Notes: generated from the sequence alone by a model not told the origin. A stretch of 64,000 nt of DNA from Ktedonobacteraceae bacterium (GCA_035650355.1 DASRHT010000056.1:23624-87623), one strand, 5' to 3'; counted from the stretch's first letter, positions 8,712-18,671 are shown. A program made the numbers and translations.

Positions 8712-9959
8712 ATGCCGGAAAATGTGCATAGTTTTGCCAGGTGTCCGTCTGGACCGTGGAGCGTGTTGCGTAATCGCGATTACGCGTTGTTTTTCTGGGG
8801 CCAGTTGATCTCATCGGCGGGTACAGAGATGCAGGTTGTAGCTGTGGCCTGGCAGGTGTATATAGTAACGCACTCGGCGGTGGCGCTTGGCGTGATCGGC
8901 CTGATGCGGGCTATTCCGCGCCTGCTCTTCTCGCTGGTGGGCGGCGTGCTGGCCGATGTACTAGATCGGCGCAAGATGCTGATGGCGATAAACCTGACGA
9001 TGATGGGTTTTTCCGCAGTGCTTGCCTTTTGTACCAATCTCCACGTCATTAACGTGGTAATCATCTACAGCGTCATTCTGCTGAGCGCAACCGTCTCTGC
9101 CTTCGATTTCCCCACGCGTCAGGCCATCATCCCTTCGCTGGTCACGCGCGATCAGATGGCGAGCGCGCTCTCGCTCAGCGCCACCATAACGCAACTGGCA
9201 TTTATTGCCGGCCCTACTCTTGGTGGTTTCGCCATTGGCTGGCTGGGTCTGGCTGCCACTTACTGGTTTGACGTGATCTCCTATCTCGCTGTCATCGGCT
9301 CACTCTGCTTGATGGTTGTGCCGCGTGTGCCGGTGGAGAAACGGGCTCGACCAGGCTTTGGCGCGCTCTTCGATGGCATGCGCTTCTTACGTACCAGCCA
9401 GATCATCCTCTCGGTGCTGATCCTGGACTTTTGCGCCAACTTCTTTGGTGAAGCGAGCGCCATGCTGCCGGTCTATGCCCAGAATATCATGCATATTGGC
9501 CCGCAGGGGCTTGGCCTGCTGTTGGCTGCACCCGCGCTTGGTGCTGTAGCTCTTGCACCATTTACCGGCGTGTTTGCGCGTATCAAGCGTCGAGGGGTGG
9601 GGGTGATGCTAGCGCCTGTTGTCTGGGGATTGTGTATCGCGGCCTTTGGTTTCCTGCCCAATCCGCCCTGGCTCGGTGTACTTTTCCTGGCTGGCTCTGG
9701 AGCCGCGGACATGGCGAGCATAGTGCTGCGCGGCCTGATCATCCAGGCGGCCACGCCTGACGCGTATCGCGGGCGAGTTGGTGCAGTAAGCGCGATATTT
9801 GTCCTCGGCGGCCCTATGCTCGGCCAGTTTGAATCGGGCCTAATCGGCGGCCTCTTCTCCCCCACGATCTCCGTGGTCGGCGGCGGCCTTGCCTGTGTGC
9901 TTGTCTCGCTGCTGATTGCTGCCGTTGTGCCAGATCTGATCAGGGTGTCCGCTCCGTAG
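8712..9959 (+). CDS. MFS transporter
   Basis: About 415 aa with 12 hydrophobic segments. The N-terminal region (WSVLRNRDYALFFWGQLISSAGTEM) and GGVLADVLDRRKM are typical of enterobactin-exporter-like MFS. The ORF opens at 8649, but that upstream part overlaps the REP array, so ATG 8712 is preferred. Confidence 0.8.
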   Translation: MPENVHSFARCPSGPWSVLRNRDYALFFWGQLISSAGTEMQVVAVAWQVYIVTHSAVALGVIGLMRAIPRLLFSLVGGVLADVLDRRKMLMAINLTMMGFSAVLAFCTNLHVINVVIIYSVILLSATVSAFDFPTRQAIIPSLVTRDQMASALSLSATITQLAFIAGPTLGGFAIGWLGLAATYWFDVISYLAVIGSLCLMVVPRVPVEKRARPGFGALFDGMRFLRTSQIILSVLILDFCANFFGEASAMLPVYAQNIMHIGPQGLGLLLAAPALGAVALAPFTGVFARIKRRGVGVMLAPVVWGLCIAAFGFLPNPPWLGVLFLAGSGAADMASIVLRGLIIQAATPDAYRGRVGAVSAIFVLGGPMLGQFESGLIGGLFSPTISVVGGGLACVLVSLLIAAVVPDLIRVSAP

Positions 9960-9990
9960 GGACGAGATTGATCGCGTCCGCTTCAGCGCC

Positions 9991-10048
9991 CCCTTTCCCA
10001 AAACACCCATCTGGCCCCAACGAAGGCATGGCGTGTTTTGGGAAAGGG
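9991..10048. terminator. bidirectional terminator-like hairpin between convergent genes
   Basis: CCCTTTCCCAAAACAC (9991-10006) is a perfect inverted repeat of GTGTTTTGGGAAAGGG (10033-10048). Confidence 0.5.
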
Positions 10049-10098
10049 ACGCTCCCTTTCTTCAATTACATTTGTCTCCAGGTCAAGGATGGAGATCC

Positions 10099-10623
10099 TC
10101 ACCAGGTATAGAAATCGTTTGCCCCATAAGTTCCCAATGCCAGGGAAAGCTCGCCTCCGTGGTGGATCTCATGCTCTATGACATGCCAGACAATCCACTG
10201 GCGTGTATGCGGAGGCGCTTCTTCTAATCCTTGATTCCGTAGCCACGCCTGATGAGAGGCTGGAGGGGAAAAAAGCTGCTCTAGATCAGCGGATGTCCAG
10301 CGGTCCAGGGCGGAGGAGATCACATGCCAGCTCTTCTCAAACATGGCGACCAGTGAAGCAGCCTTGTACACGGTTGGCTCGTCGTTGTCCTCATCGTCGT
10401 TCCAGTCAAGGTTGGGATCTCCTTCACTCATCCAGAGGTGGAACCAGTTGAAGCGCGCCCCGAGCATATGGTCGAGAAGCTCGCCTATCGAACGCTGATG
10501 TGGTCCAAGAGGGAGGGCCAGTTGTTCAGATGAAAGCGTTGCAATGGTTTGGACCAGGGCGCGTTGATAGTGCTCCCAACCTGATTTGTAAAACGTAGCG
10601 AGGGGAGATACCTGTTCTGTCAT
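10099..10623 (-). CDS. DinB family protein
   Basis: WHVIEHEIHHGGELSLALG C-terminal motif. ATG 10623 has an AAGGAG RBS 9 nt upstream. The ORF extends to 10659. Confidence 0.8.
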   Translation of the reverse strand: MTEQVSPLATFYKSGWEHYQRALVQTIATLSSEQLALPLGPHQRSIGELLDHMLGARFNWFHLWMSEGDPNLDWNDDEDNDEPTVYKAASLVAMFEKSWHVISSALDRWTSADLEQLFSPPASHQAWLRNQGLEEAPPHTRQWIVWHVIEHEIHHGGELSLALGTYGANDFYTW

Positions 10624-10848
10624 AGCTGTCTGCTCCTTGCTTCTGTACTGCGTTCCCATCTCCAGGAACGTACGTTATTGTAGCAAGGAGCAGGGGCCGA
10701 AACTTCTTTTATTTTGCTCTTTTCCTGCATGGACAGATGCAAAAAGTGGCACGTCTTCCCGGTACGAAGGTTAGAGAAGCTTCATCGTTGACATTGTGAT
10801 GGCTGTAATGTTACCGTCAGTAATGGTAATTGTATTTGGAACAGACAA

Positions 10849-11226
10849 TTGAGGGTTTTCACCAGCCCCATATTTATGCATGAGGAGAGACGATTGGATA
10901 CGTACTACCACCCCAAAGACCTGGCACATTTTCCTGATATCGGTAAGGATGCTCCTGAATTATGGCAGAAGTTTCTGGCATGGTATAACGCTGTCTTTGC
11001 AGAAGGGGCGCTTTCGGAGCGCGAGAAGGCTCTGATTGCGCTGGCCGTTGCTCATACCGTCCAGTGCCCATATTGCATCGATGCCTATAGCTCAGCTTGC
11101 CTCGAAAAAGGTTCCGATATTGAGCAGATGACCGAGGCGATCCATGTGGCGGCGGCGATCCGCGGCGGCTCCTCGCTCGTCCACGGCGTACAGATGCGCA
11201 ACCACGTTGATAAAGTCTCGATGTAA
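10849..11226 (+). CDS. carboxymuconolactone-decarboxylase-like / arsenosugar-biosynthesis-associated peroxidase-like protein
   Basis: ALIALAVAHTVQCPYCIDAY is an AhpD-like CxxC motif. Sits immediately upstream of the ArsS-type radical SAM gene. Alternative start ATG 10876. Confidence 0.7.
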   Translation: MRVFTSPIFMHEERRLDTYYHPKDLAHFPDIGKDAPELWQKFLAWYNAVFAEGALSEREKALIALAVAHTVQCPYCIDAYSSACLEKGSDIEQMTEAIHVAAAIRGGSSLVHGVQMRNHVDKVSM

Positions 11227-11257
11227 GTACGCTTCCCCTTTCTGAGGAGTTTCTCAT

Positions 11258-12301
11258 ATGGCAAAAGTCCTTCCCACGCTGAGGAAGCAGCAGCATCCCC
11301 TTGCCGATAGCACCTATCAACGCCGACTACTGGACGATCTGTCGCTGCGTCCCTTTGCGGAAGCGGCGGCGAGCGCGGGCCATCGTCCGCTCAAGGCTGC
11401 CGGGATCAGCGTTTTGCAGCTCAACGTTGGGAAACGCTGTAATCAGACCTGTGCTCACTGCCATGTGGATGCCGGGCCTGAACGCAAGGAGGTGATGACG
11501 CGCGAGGTGCTGGAGGCGGCGCTGAACTTTCTGGCGCAGAGCGATATTCCAACGCTCGATATCACCGGAGGCGCGCCCGAGATGCATCCCGATTTCCGCG
11601 AGATCGTCGAACGCGCTACAGCTCTGGGGCGCCATGTGATGGACCGCTGCAATCTCTCCATTACACGCCTGCCCAATTACTCCTACCTGCCCGAATTTCT
11701 GGCTGAGCATCGCGTCGAGGTGGTCGCATCTCTCCCGTCCTACGCCGTCAAAACAACCGATACGCAGCGCGGCGAGGGGGTTTTTGAAGATTCGATTGCC
11801 GCCCTCCAGCATTTCAATCGCCTGGGCTACGGCAAAGAGGAGAGCGGCTTGATTCTCAACCTGGTGACCAATCCGGTGGGGGCTTTTCTCCCCGGCAACC
11901 AGCACTCTTTAGAACGCGACTGGAAGGCGCAGATGAAGAGGCGTTATGGTATAGAGTTTAATCACCTCTACACCATCACCAATATGCCGATCAGCCGCTT
12001 TCTGGATTTCCTGCTGCGCTCCGGCAATCTCGAAGCGTACCTAGAGAAGCTGGTGACGGCATTTAATCCCGCGACCGTTGAGGGCCTGATGTGTCGCACG
12101 ACGCTCTCTATCGGCTGGGATGGACGGCTCTATGATTGCGACTTCAATCAGATGCTCGACTTAGGGGTGGGGCCGCAGGCTCCCCAGACTATTTTTGAGG
12201 CAACGCCGGAAAGCCTGTCCCAACGGGTGATCCAGTTGGGACAGCATTGCTATGGCTGCACAGCCGGACTCGGCTCCAGTTGTGGAGGCGCGACCGTTTA
12301 G
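11258..12301 (+). CDS. arsS: radical SAM / Cys-rich domain protein, ArsS type
   Basis: 347 aa. CNQTCAHCH radical-SAM cluster motif and C-terminal Cys-rich tail HCYGCTAGLGSSCGGA, the position where some homologs carry Sec. Confidence 0.75.
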   Translation: MAKVLPTLRKQQHPLADSTYQRRLLDDLSLRPFAEAAASAGHRPLKAAGISVLQLNVGKRCNQTCAHCHVDAGPERKEVMTREVLEAALNFLAQSDIPTLDITGGAPEMHPDFREIVERATALGRHVMDRCNLSITRLPNYSYLPEFLAEHRVEVVASLPSYAVKTTDTQRGEGVFEDSIAALQHFNRLGYGKEESGLILNLVTNPVGAFLPGNQHSLERDWKAQMKRRYGIEFNHLYTITNMPISRFLDFLLRSGNLEAYLEKLVTAFNPATVEGLMCRTTLSIGWDGRLYDCDFNQMLDLGVGPQAPQTIFEATPESLSQRVIQLGQHCYGCTAGLGSSCGGATV

Positions 12302-13119
12302 CTGGCGATGTCCTGCCTGCGCTTGCGCCCCACAACGATCTGCCGCGTCCCTTTGCCGAACGGCCTCCAATCGTAGTCGCCATAGATGGCCTCGATGCTG
12401 AAATTGGTCGCCAGGAAGAGGAGCTGCAATTCGCGCGGGAAGAACATGTGCATGTCGAGCCTGGTCATGTAGCGTTCGTTTTCTCCGGCGCGGAAGAATT
12501 TTTCATGCGTCCAGATGATGTGCTGGAGCTGCTCAATCGGATCATACTTGCGACTGGTGTAGAGCAGCATGGTAAATTCGTCATCTGGACCTTCGATTTC
12601 GTCCTCCATATAGACGTGCGACGGGCGATTAAGCGCGTCACTCAGGTAATCAATATCGGGAATAAAAGTATCAACGACAAAGCGACCACCAGGAGCCAGG
12701 TGATCGTAAGTATTGTTAAAGGTTTCAAGCTGCTGCTCAATTTCGTAGAGGTGCGCAATAGAGTTGAAGGGAAGGAAAATCAGATCGAAGGCGCCCTTTT
12801 CGGCAAGCTGATACTTGCACATGTCGCCTTCGTGGAGGATGACGCGCTGTCGCACGGACTCGGGTTCGCGCTCTAATTTGCGAGCGTAAACGGCCAGCAT
12901 CTCTGACGAGATGTCCAGCCCTTCCAGTTGAAAATCGCCCGGTCCACGCAACAGCTCCAGACCAATTCGACCGGTGCCGCACGCCAGCTCCAGCACGCGT
13001 CGGGGCGTGTAGCGCATCACCAGTTCACGCCAGAAGGGGAGGTCCAGCTCCGATTGGCCCTGATACTCCAGGTCATAATCGCTGGGCCGCTCGTAGAACT
13101 CCCCCAGATTGTAAGACAT
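12298..13119 (-). CDS. class I SAM-dependent methyltransferase
   Basis: 273 aa. VLELACGTGRIGLEL is motif I. Its stop codon overlaps the arsS stop convergently. Confidence 0.85.
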   Translation of the reverse strand: MSYNLGEFYERPSDYDLEYQGQSELDLPFWRELVMRYTPRRVLELACGTGRIGLELLRGPGDFQLEGLDISSEMLAVYARKLEREPESVRQRVILHEGDMCKYQLAEKGAFDLIFLPFNSIAHLYEIEQQLETFNNTYDHLAPGGRFVVDTFIPDIDYLSDALNRPSHVYMEDEIEGPDDEFTMLLYTSRKYDPIEQLQHIIWTHEKFFRAGENERYMTRLDMHMFFPRELQLLFLATNFSIEAIYGDYDWRPFGKGTRQIVVGRKRRQDIAS

Positions 13120-13457
13120 ACTGTGTTACCTCATCGAGAAAAAAACCGTATAAAGTTGTGTAATAAAGAGTACAGCGGAAATACTGCTGAGCATATACCG
13201 CTGTAGAGCTTAGCACATCGGTACGGCGCTATGCAAGATATCGCAGGGGGGTGTCAGGGAGCAAAATACTTCTACCCACCTCTTGATTCTTTACTACGCC
13301 CATAGCAGAAGAATTGAGCACTCCATATCAATTTTTTTGGATGTATTCATAGAGACCTCTAATAGTGATGTACTATCATTGATATGTTGCTGTATTTATG
13401 CTACATTTTGTGGTAGAATCGATAAAATGCAGGAGGAGAGTCGTTAAGAGGTGACCA

Positions 13458-13715
13458 ATGACAAATTCATCAGAACAAACCATTTATAACCGTTTACCGG
13501 TCTTACGTGCGGAACGCGGGCTTTCTCGGCATGACCTTGCGGACATTTTAGGTATTAACTATCAAACTCTGGGCTATCTGGAGCGCGGCGAATATAGTCC
13601 CAGCCTCGAACTTGCTTTTCGCATCAGCGAGTATTTTAGCCTGCCCATCGAGGCCATTTTCTCGCGCAAGCCTTTCAAACCCTTGAGCGATGAAGTATAC
13701 GGGCGTAGAGTATAG
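13458..13715 (+). CDS. XRE-family helix-turn-helix transcriptional regulator
   Basis: 85 aa. LRAERGLSRHDLADILGINYQTLGYLERGEYSPSLELAFRIS is an HTH_3-type motif. Confidence 0.85.
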   Translation: MTNSSEQTIYNRLPVLRAERGLSRHDLADILGINYQTLGYLERGEYSPSLELAFRISEYFSLPIEAIFSRKPFKPLSDEVYGRRV

Positions 13716-13904
13716 GTATGTGATTATCTTTATGAAAGGAAAAATTCTCCTGCTGCATGGTCTAAGCTCGCCCTCGATACTCACAATGGACCTGTGACCT
13801 GCTACAATATAAGGAAGTTACCAGGCCCCCAGCAATCCTGGCGAACATTCCTTACAGGCGAAAACGATCCGAGACGAAAAACATTGTGAGAAGAGAGTAG
13901 AGAT

Positions 13905-15335
13905 ATGACTTACACCTCCATTCAAGAGGCGGCGACAGAAATACGGTCTGGCCTGATCACTCCCACCGAACTGGTGCTGGAGACACTGGAACAGATCGAT
14001 GCACACGACAACGAGATTCAGGCTTTTACCACAGTGATGCGCGAGCAGGCATTGGCGGACGCGGAGCAGGCTGAGCGCGAAATACGTACCGGACTCTATA
14101 GAAGTCCGCTGCATGGTATTCCCGTTGCGGTCAAAGATCTGGTGGCTGTTAAAGGCGTGCGTATGACGGCGGGCTCCAGGGTGCTGGCCGATCATATTGC
14201 GCAGGAAGATGCGACCGTGGTCGAGCTATTGCGCAAAAATGGCGCTATTATCATTGGCAAGACCAACACGTTCGAGTTCGCCTATGGTCCCTACTCGCCT
14301 CCAACACGCAACCCGTGGGACCTTGCTCGCACAACCGGCGGCTCCAGCGGCGGCTCGGCGGCTGCGGTTGTGGCGGGAATGTGTCTGGGAGCCATTGGCA
14401 CGGATACCGGCGGCTCGATTCGCATTCCTGCGGCGTGCTGTGGTGCGACCGGTCTGAAGCCGACCTATGGACGCGTGAGCTGCTACGGCGTCGTTCCCCT
14501 GAGCTGGTCGCTTGATCATGTTGGACCAATCGGACGTAGCGCCGAGGATTGCGCGCTGCTGTTCGACGCCATCGCTGGCTACGATCCGCGCGACCCCAAT
14601 AGCGTTTCCGGTCCGCCTCTTACCCCAGGTCGCTCGACCGCAACATTAATCGGCGGCGCAGAGAAACGCGGCCCGCTCTCGCTTCAGGGGATCAAATTGG
14701 GCGTGCCCCAGGAAGCGTTTGTGGCGCCGCTCGACCCGGAGGTGCAGCTTGCCTGGCGGGCCGCGCTCCTTGTGTTGGAGGAAGAGGGCGCGCAGGTCAT
14801 CAATGTGGATATGCCACGCCCCACGATGGAGCTGTACCGCACTATCCAGAAGCCGGAGGCTACGCTGGCTCATCTCCAAAAAGGCTGGCTCTCGGAACGC
14901 CGCGATCTCTATACCGAGAGCGTGCTTACCCGGCTTTTAGAGGGCCAGGAGATAGCTGCCGTCGATTACCTGGCTGCTCTGCACGAACGCCGCATCCTCT
15001 CCAGCCGTTTTCGGGCCATCATGCAAGATGTAGACGCCTTCATTCTGCCCACGCTGCCGGTCCCCGCGATCCTCTCGGAGCAGGCGGCGCAGGATATTGA
15101 GATCGGTGGCGTGACCGAGAACGCAACGGTAGCCTATCTGCGCCTGACCATGCCCTTCAACCTCACCGGACTCCCGACAGCCTCCTTCCCCTGTGGCTTT
15201 ACCACCAATGGCTTACCCATTGGCTTACAGGCGGCAGGCAAGCCGTTCGAGGAGGGCACCGTCCTGCGCATCGCCCATGCCTATCAGCAATTGACCGACT
15301 GGCACCGTCGGGAGGCGCCCCTGATCAAAGCTTGA
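13905..15335 (+). CDS. amidase (amidase-signature family)
   Basis: 476 aa. [11 protein letters not shown] signature and [15 protein letters not shown]. Confidence 0.9.
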   Translation: MTYTSIQEAATEIRSGLITPTELVLETLEQIDAHDNEIQAFTTVMREQALADAEQAEREIRTGLYRSPLHGIPVAVKDLVAVKGVRMTAGSRVLADHIAQEDATVVELLRKNGAIIIGKTNTFEFAYGPYSPPTRNPWDLARTTGGSSGGSAAAVVAGMCLGAIGTDTGGSIRIPAACCGATGLKPTYGRVSCYGVVPLSWSLDHVGPIGRSAEDCALLFDAIAGYDPRDPNSVSGPPLTPGRSTATLIGGAEKRGPLSLQGIKLGVPQEAFVAPLDPEVQLAWRAALLVLEEEGAQVINVDMPRPTMELYRTIQKPEATLAHLQKGWLSERRDLYTESVLTRLLEGQEIAAVDYLAALHERRILSSRFRAIMQDVDAFILPTLPVPAILSEQAAQDIEIGGVTENATVAYLRLTMPFNLTGLPTASFPCGFTTNGLPIGLQAAGKPFEEGTVLRIAHAYQQLTDWHRREAPLIKA

Positions 15336-15552
15336 GCGCCCTTTTAACAATACTGTCATCATCGCGTCTTTAACATGGTACCGGTTAATACAGCGTCTGT
15401 CATTTTTCTGGCACAGATGTAATGTCACCTGGCACATGGCCTCCGCTATACTTGAACTATCAGCGGTGCGCTGGGAAACAAGGGATGTGGAGCCTTCCGA
15501 GACGGCGGAAGGCGACCTGTTTCCCGCCGCCAGGTAAGAGAGGAACAACACC

Positions 15553-15726
15553 ATGTTAATCACACTTTTCGCCATCATCTTCCTTGTAAGCCTCTTCCTG
15601 GCTCTGATCGGAGGGCTGTTCTTCCATATGCGTCTGTTCCCCAAGCCCACCTACAGAACGCTGGTAGCCCGCCCTATTGAGGATGCGACTCATACCTCCC
15701 GACTGCATGCAGTCATCTTTCAGTAA
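15553..15726 (+). CDS. 57-aa hydrophobic peptide (hypothetical)
   Basis: ATG 15553 preceded by a GAGAGG RBS. MLITLFAIIFLVSLFLALIGGLFF is one TM segment. Below the ORF-track size cutoff. Confidence 0.35.
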   Translation: MLITLFAIIFLVSLFLALIGGLFFHMRLFPKPTYRTLVARPIEDATHTSRLHAVIFQ

Positions 15727-15773
15727 TGTGAACGAGGAGGAGGAGTAACCAGGAACGTTTAGTTGAGCATGTC

Positions 15774-16052
15774 TTGCGGCGTGCTACATGCCCAACTAAA
15801 CGGGCGGAAAGAGGCCCGTTCCGCTATGAGCGTGGGCTGCTTAGTCATCAATGGCGCGATGCAAAGAAGAGCACCTGGAAGCGCGAATTGTGTGCGCTTC
15901 GCTGGAATGAGATACTATCTCTTCAATCTCAGACTACTTCTAATCAAGGATACAGCCAGTTCTCCTTCTCGGTCAAAACCAGAGACGGGGACAAGATTGA
16001 CCTGAGTCTTGGGAAAGAAGAACTCGCCGAATATATTGAGCGGCACATTTGA
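15774..16052 (+). CDS. hypothetical protein
   Basis: 92-aa ORF only. No recognizable motif. Confidence 0.25.
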   Translation: MRRATCPTKRAERGPFRYERGLLSHQWRDAKKSTWKRELCALRWNEILSLQSQTTSNQGYSQFSFSVKTRDGDKIDLSLGKEELAEYIERHI

Positions 16053-16095
16053 GGTCAGTACAGTGATGGATCAAGCTGCAATGACGGCAGGCCGG

Positions 16096-16263
16096 TTATT
16101 CATGGTGATTAAAAAGAAATGCAGCCGCTAGAAAGGTGCCTACCACCATGATGCCGAGGGCCACGTACGTGTTGAAGTGGTATGAGAGCTGAGCAAAAGC
16201 GGTGCCCAGCACAAGCGCCAGCAGAAAGATGCCCGAGAGAATCACACGAGTGGGTGCGCTCAT
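16096..16263 (-). CDS. small two-TM membrane protein (hypothetical)
   Basis: ATG 16263 has a GGAAGGAGG RBS 10 nt upstream. Sequence MSAPTRVILSGIFLLALVLG...IMVVGTFLAAAFLF. Confidence 0.5.
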   Translation of the reverse strand: MSAPTRVILSGIFLLALVLGTAFAQLSYHFNTYVALGIMVVGTFLAAAFLFNHHE

Positions 16264-16410
16264 CTGTATTGTGCCTCCTTCCTGCAAAATTAAAGCTCTG
16301 CCTGTCATGATTTATACAGATAACCTGGCAATATGGCAAATCTCTGTGACTAAATAGCTATAGCTGACGTCTGTCCTGCTTTCCTGGCATGATAGAGAAA
16401 AGGGATCAGA

Positions 16411-16602
16411 ATGAAGTTCCAGATCACGTATCGTTTGACTCATCCTGAATACCTGCCGACCGTTGCTCATGCGGTTATCTCGGCTCATACCCATCAGCAG
16501 CTTGATGTCTCGTTGACCAGGCTGGCAGCTAAGTGGCGAGATCAGGGTTACGCTTTCCACGTCCTGGCGATCAGGAAACGCGGGCCATCGCGGCAGAGAT
16601 GA
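16411..16602 (+). CDS. hypothetical protein
   Basis: 63-aa ORF with a weak AAAGGGA RBS. No motif recognized. Confidence 0.3.
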   Translation: MKFQITYRLTHPEYLPTVAHAVISAHTHQQLDVSLTRLAAKWRDQGYAFHVLAIRKRGPSRQR

Positions 16603-16604
16603 CT

Positions 16605-17264
16605 TCAGCGATCCAGGCGCTTCTGCCCGTATGATTTGACCCAGAAATCGTGCAATGCCGTGGTCTCCTCCGGCGAGAGAAAAATGGGTGTGCCGAGCTG
16701 CCTGGCGATGGTGTAGATTTTCGCGTTATCCTCGAGGGCGTGGGCCGCCGAAAAGGTAGCTGCGAGATTTGCTCCCACCACCATCGCCCCGTGATTGCCC
16801 CAGATGACGGCATTGCCGTTGCCCAGTACCTGCGCGATATGTTCGGCGAATTCCGCCGTACCCGACCTCTTGTAAGGCGCAATCGGCACCTCTCCGCCCA
16901 GGCAGAGGGCAGAGTCGGCCAGGACAACCGGGATGGACTGGTAGACCACGCCAAAGGCGGTGGCATAAGGGGAATGGGTGTGCATGACGCAATGAATGTC
17001 GCTGCGTCGGCGCAAAATGCAGGTGTGCAGCGGCGTCTCGACGGTGGGTCGCCATTTGCCCTCGATCACCGCTCCATGCTGATCCACCACCACGATATCT
17101 TCTGCCGTTAGGGTCTGGTAGTCGGCCCCGCTCGGCGTGACGCAGATCAGCCCGCTCTCAAGATCGCGTGCGCTCAGGTTGCCCTGCGTGGCCTGGACAA
17201 GCTGGCTATCGTACATTTTTCCGGCGTAACGCACAACCTCGGCGCGCAAATCAGCTAATAACAT
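16605..17264 (-). CDS. class II aldolase/adducin family protein
   Basis: 219 aa. GNLSARD...ICVTPSG...VMHTHSPYATAF motifs are of L-fuculose-phosphate-aldolase type. Confidence 0.85.
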   Translation of the reverse strand: MLLADLRAEVVRYAGKMYDSQLVQATQGNLSARDLESGLICVTPSGADYQTLTAEDIVVVDQHGAVIEGKWRPTVETPLHTCILRRRSDIHCVMHTHSPYATAFGVVYQSIPVVLADSALCLGGEVPIAPYKRSGTAEFAEHIAQVLGNGNAVIWGNHGAMVVGANLAATFSAAHALEDNAKIYTIARQLGTPIFLSPEETTALHDFWVKSYGQKRLDR

Positions 17265-17356
17265 GTGTCGCTCCCTTCACAATAAAACAGGGGCAAGCTG
17301 TAGCAATCGAGTGCCGCTCGCACTGCTACCTTGCCCCTGTTCGCGCTTATCTTGAC

Positions 17357-17665
17357 CTATGCCGATTCACGGTGAGGGAGTTCTTCCCGGTGCCGCTGGC
17401 AGAGGTTGACTCCCGCCCTATCATCATATTCTACCTCCTCCTCAGATTTACAGCGAACGCACCTTCGAGGAGGCGTGAGGATGGGCGGATACCAGTTCTT
17501 CTGGAAGACCAGCGTCAGCGGCTCGCTCCCCGGAACCTGTAAGACAAGATTCCCTTCGGGATCAATGCTGGCATGCTCCGATACATCCACCTTTTTCCCC
17601 TCAGGATCAAGAGCCTGGACGTTTTTGAAAAATTTTCGGATGAATTCCTCGTATGATTGTTTCAT
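17357..17665 (-). CDS. hypothetical protein
   Basis: ORF to 17722, but its 5' part is REP DNA. ATG 17665 (MKQSYEEF) has GGAG upstream. C-terminal CVRC...C..H may bind zinc. Confidence 0.4.
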   Translation of the reverse strand: MKQSYEEFIRKFFKNVQALDPEGKKVDVSEHASIDPEGNLVLQVPGSEPLTLVFQKNWYPPILTPPRRCVRCKSEEEVEYDDRAGVNLCQRHREELPHRESA

Positions 17666-17710
17666 GACTTTGTACTCCATGTACCTCTTTGTACTGCATG
17701 CTGCCGGTGA

Positions 17711-17735
17711 GGGCAAGGGCAAGCCAGGCCCCTAC
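17711..17735. repeat. REP family 1 copy
   Basis: GGGCAAGGGCAAGCCAGGCCCCTAC. Confidence 0.8.
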
Positions 17736-17750
17736 CCGTGGCATGCTGGC

Positions 17751-17804
17751 GATCAAACAAAGGCAAGCCTGAATAATGCTGACGATCAAACAAAGGCAAG
17801 CCTG
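17751..17804. repeat. 21-bp direct repeat x2 (GATCAAACAAAGGCAAGCCTG), 33-bp period
   Basis: Copies at 17751-17771 and 17784-17804. Confidence 0.85.
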
Positions 17805-18325
17805 TGGCATATCAGCAAGGGTCGAGGTATCACGTATGGGCGCGTACTTCTTTTTTATGTGCTGTATTGTTGTGGGGGGAACAATGATTACAACCCGACC
17901 AACATACAGTTTATTCCTTGCTTCCTTCTTTATCCTATCGGTAGGAGAAAGGTGTGATTATAGCAGCCGCTTGCTTTGTGTTAACGAACGTTCCCTTCTC
18001 TAGTACCTCCCTTTCCACAAGGTAAATAACTTTTTCAAGGTATTTATGTGATGAACGCTGCAGGAAAGCTATGAATCACTCTCTAGTCCTTTTTTCTCCC
18101 TCCCCTCCCATTTTTGGAACAAGTCCTTGCGGATCGAAGTATAAATAGAACCACTTACAGCGTAGTTCTGAGGAGAGAAAGCGCGCTGCGCTACTCCTAT
18201 ACATCGGAAAGGCGCCAGGGGCATTATCGGCAAGTAGGAAGCATTTAATAGGTAATACCCGTTGTATTAGCAAATGAATTGATGGATTTCTTGATTTTTA
18301 TACTGATATATGGTAGGTTATTTAT

Positions 18326-18360
18326 GTATTAGTAATCTTATACATAAGGTTTACTAATAC
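18326..18360. promoter_or_regulatory. 10-bp inverted repeat in AT-rich region upstream of precursor genes (candidate operator)
   Basis: GTATTAGTAA (18326-18335) - 15 nt - TTACTAATAC (18351-18360). The surrounding 18280-18420 is conspicuously AT-rich compared with its flanks. Confidence 0.35.
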
Positions 18361-18425
18361 TAATAATAGTAAAGTATTAATGTGTAATGTAAAAAACAAT
18401 TGAAGTAAAATGGAGGAAATCTTTG

Positions 18426-18671
18426 ATGAGTTCTTCTGCCGTCTCGCAACTCAGTGGTATGCAAGGAGACCTGGCAAACTCCCCTGGTATGCTTGACTTG
18501 ACCGATGAGGATCTGGCTCAGGTCGCGGGGGCCGATGGGTGGTGGAATATAGAGCGCATGGGGCGCATGCGTGAAGAGTGTCGCTGTGGCCGTCGTATCC
18601 GCTTTAGCTTGACCCGCTTACGTGTGGAGTACCGGCTGGACTTCCTGCACTATAACCTGAGGGTCAACTAA
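18426..18671 (+). CDS. double-glycine(GA)-leader peptide precursor A, Arg-rich cationic core
   Basis: GGAGG at 18412-18416 and ATG at 18426 (alternative ATG 18489 would give the 15-aa leader MLDLTDEDLAQVAGA). LTDEDLAQVAGA fits the LSxxELxxIxGG/GA leader consensus. The 45-aa core DGWWNIERMGRMREECRCGRRIRF... has 11 Arg and 2 Cys. Confidence 0.65.
   Translation: MSSSAVSQLSGMQGDLANSPGMLDLTDEDLAQVAGADGWWNIERMGRMREECRCGRRIRFSLTRLRVEYRLDFLHYNLRVN

Noticed and set aside
12247-12876. 209-aa plus-strand ORF
   Set aside because: Antisense to the SAM methyltransferase (clear motif I). It also overlaps the arsS end.
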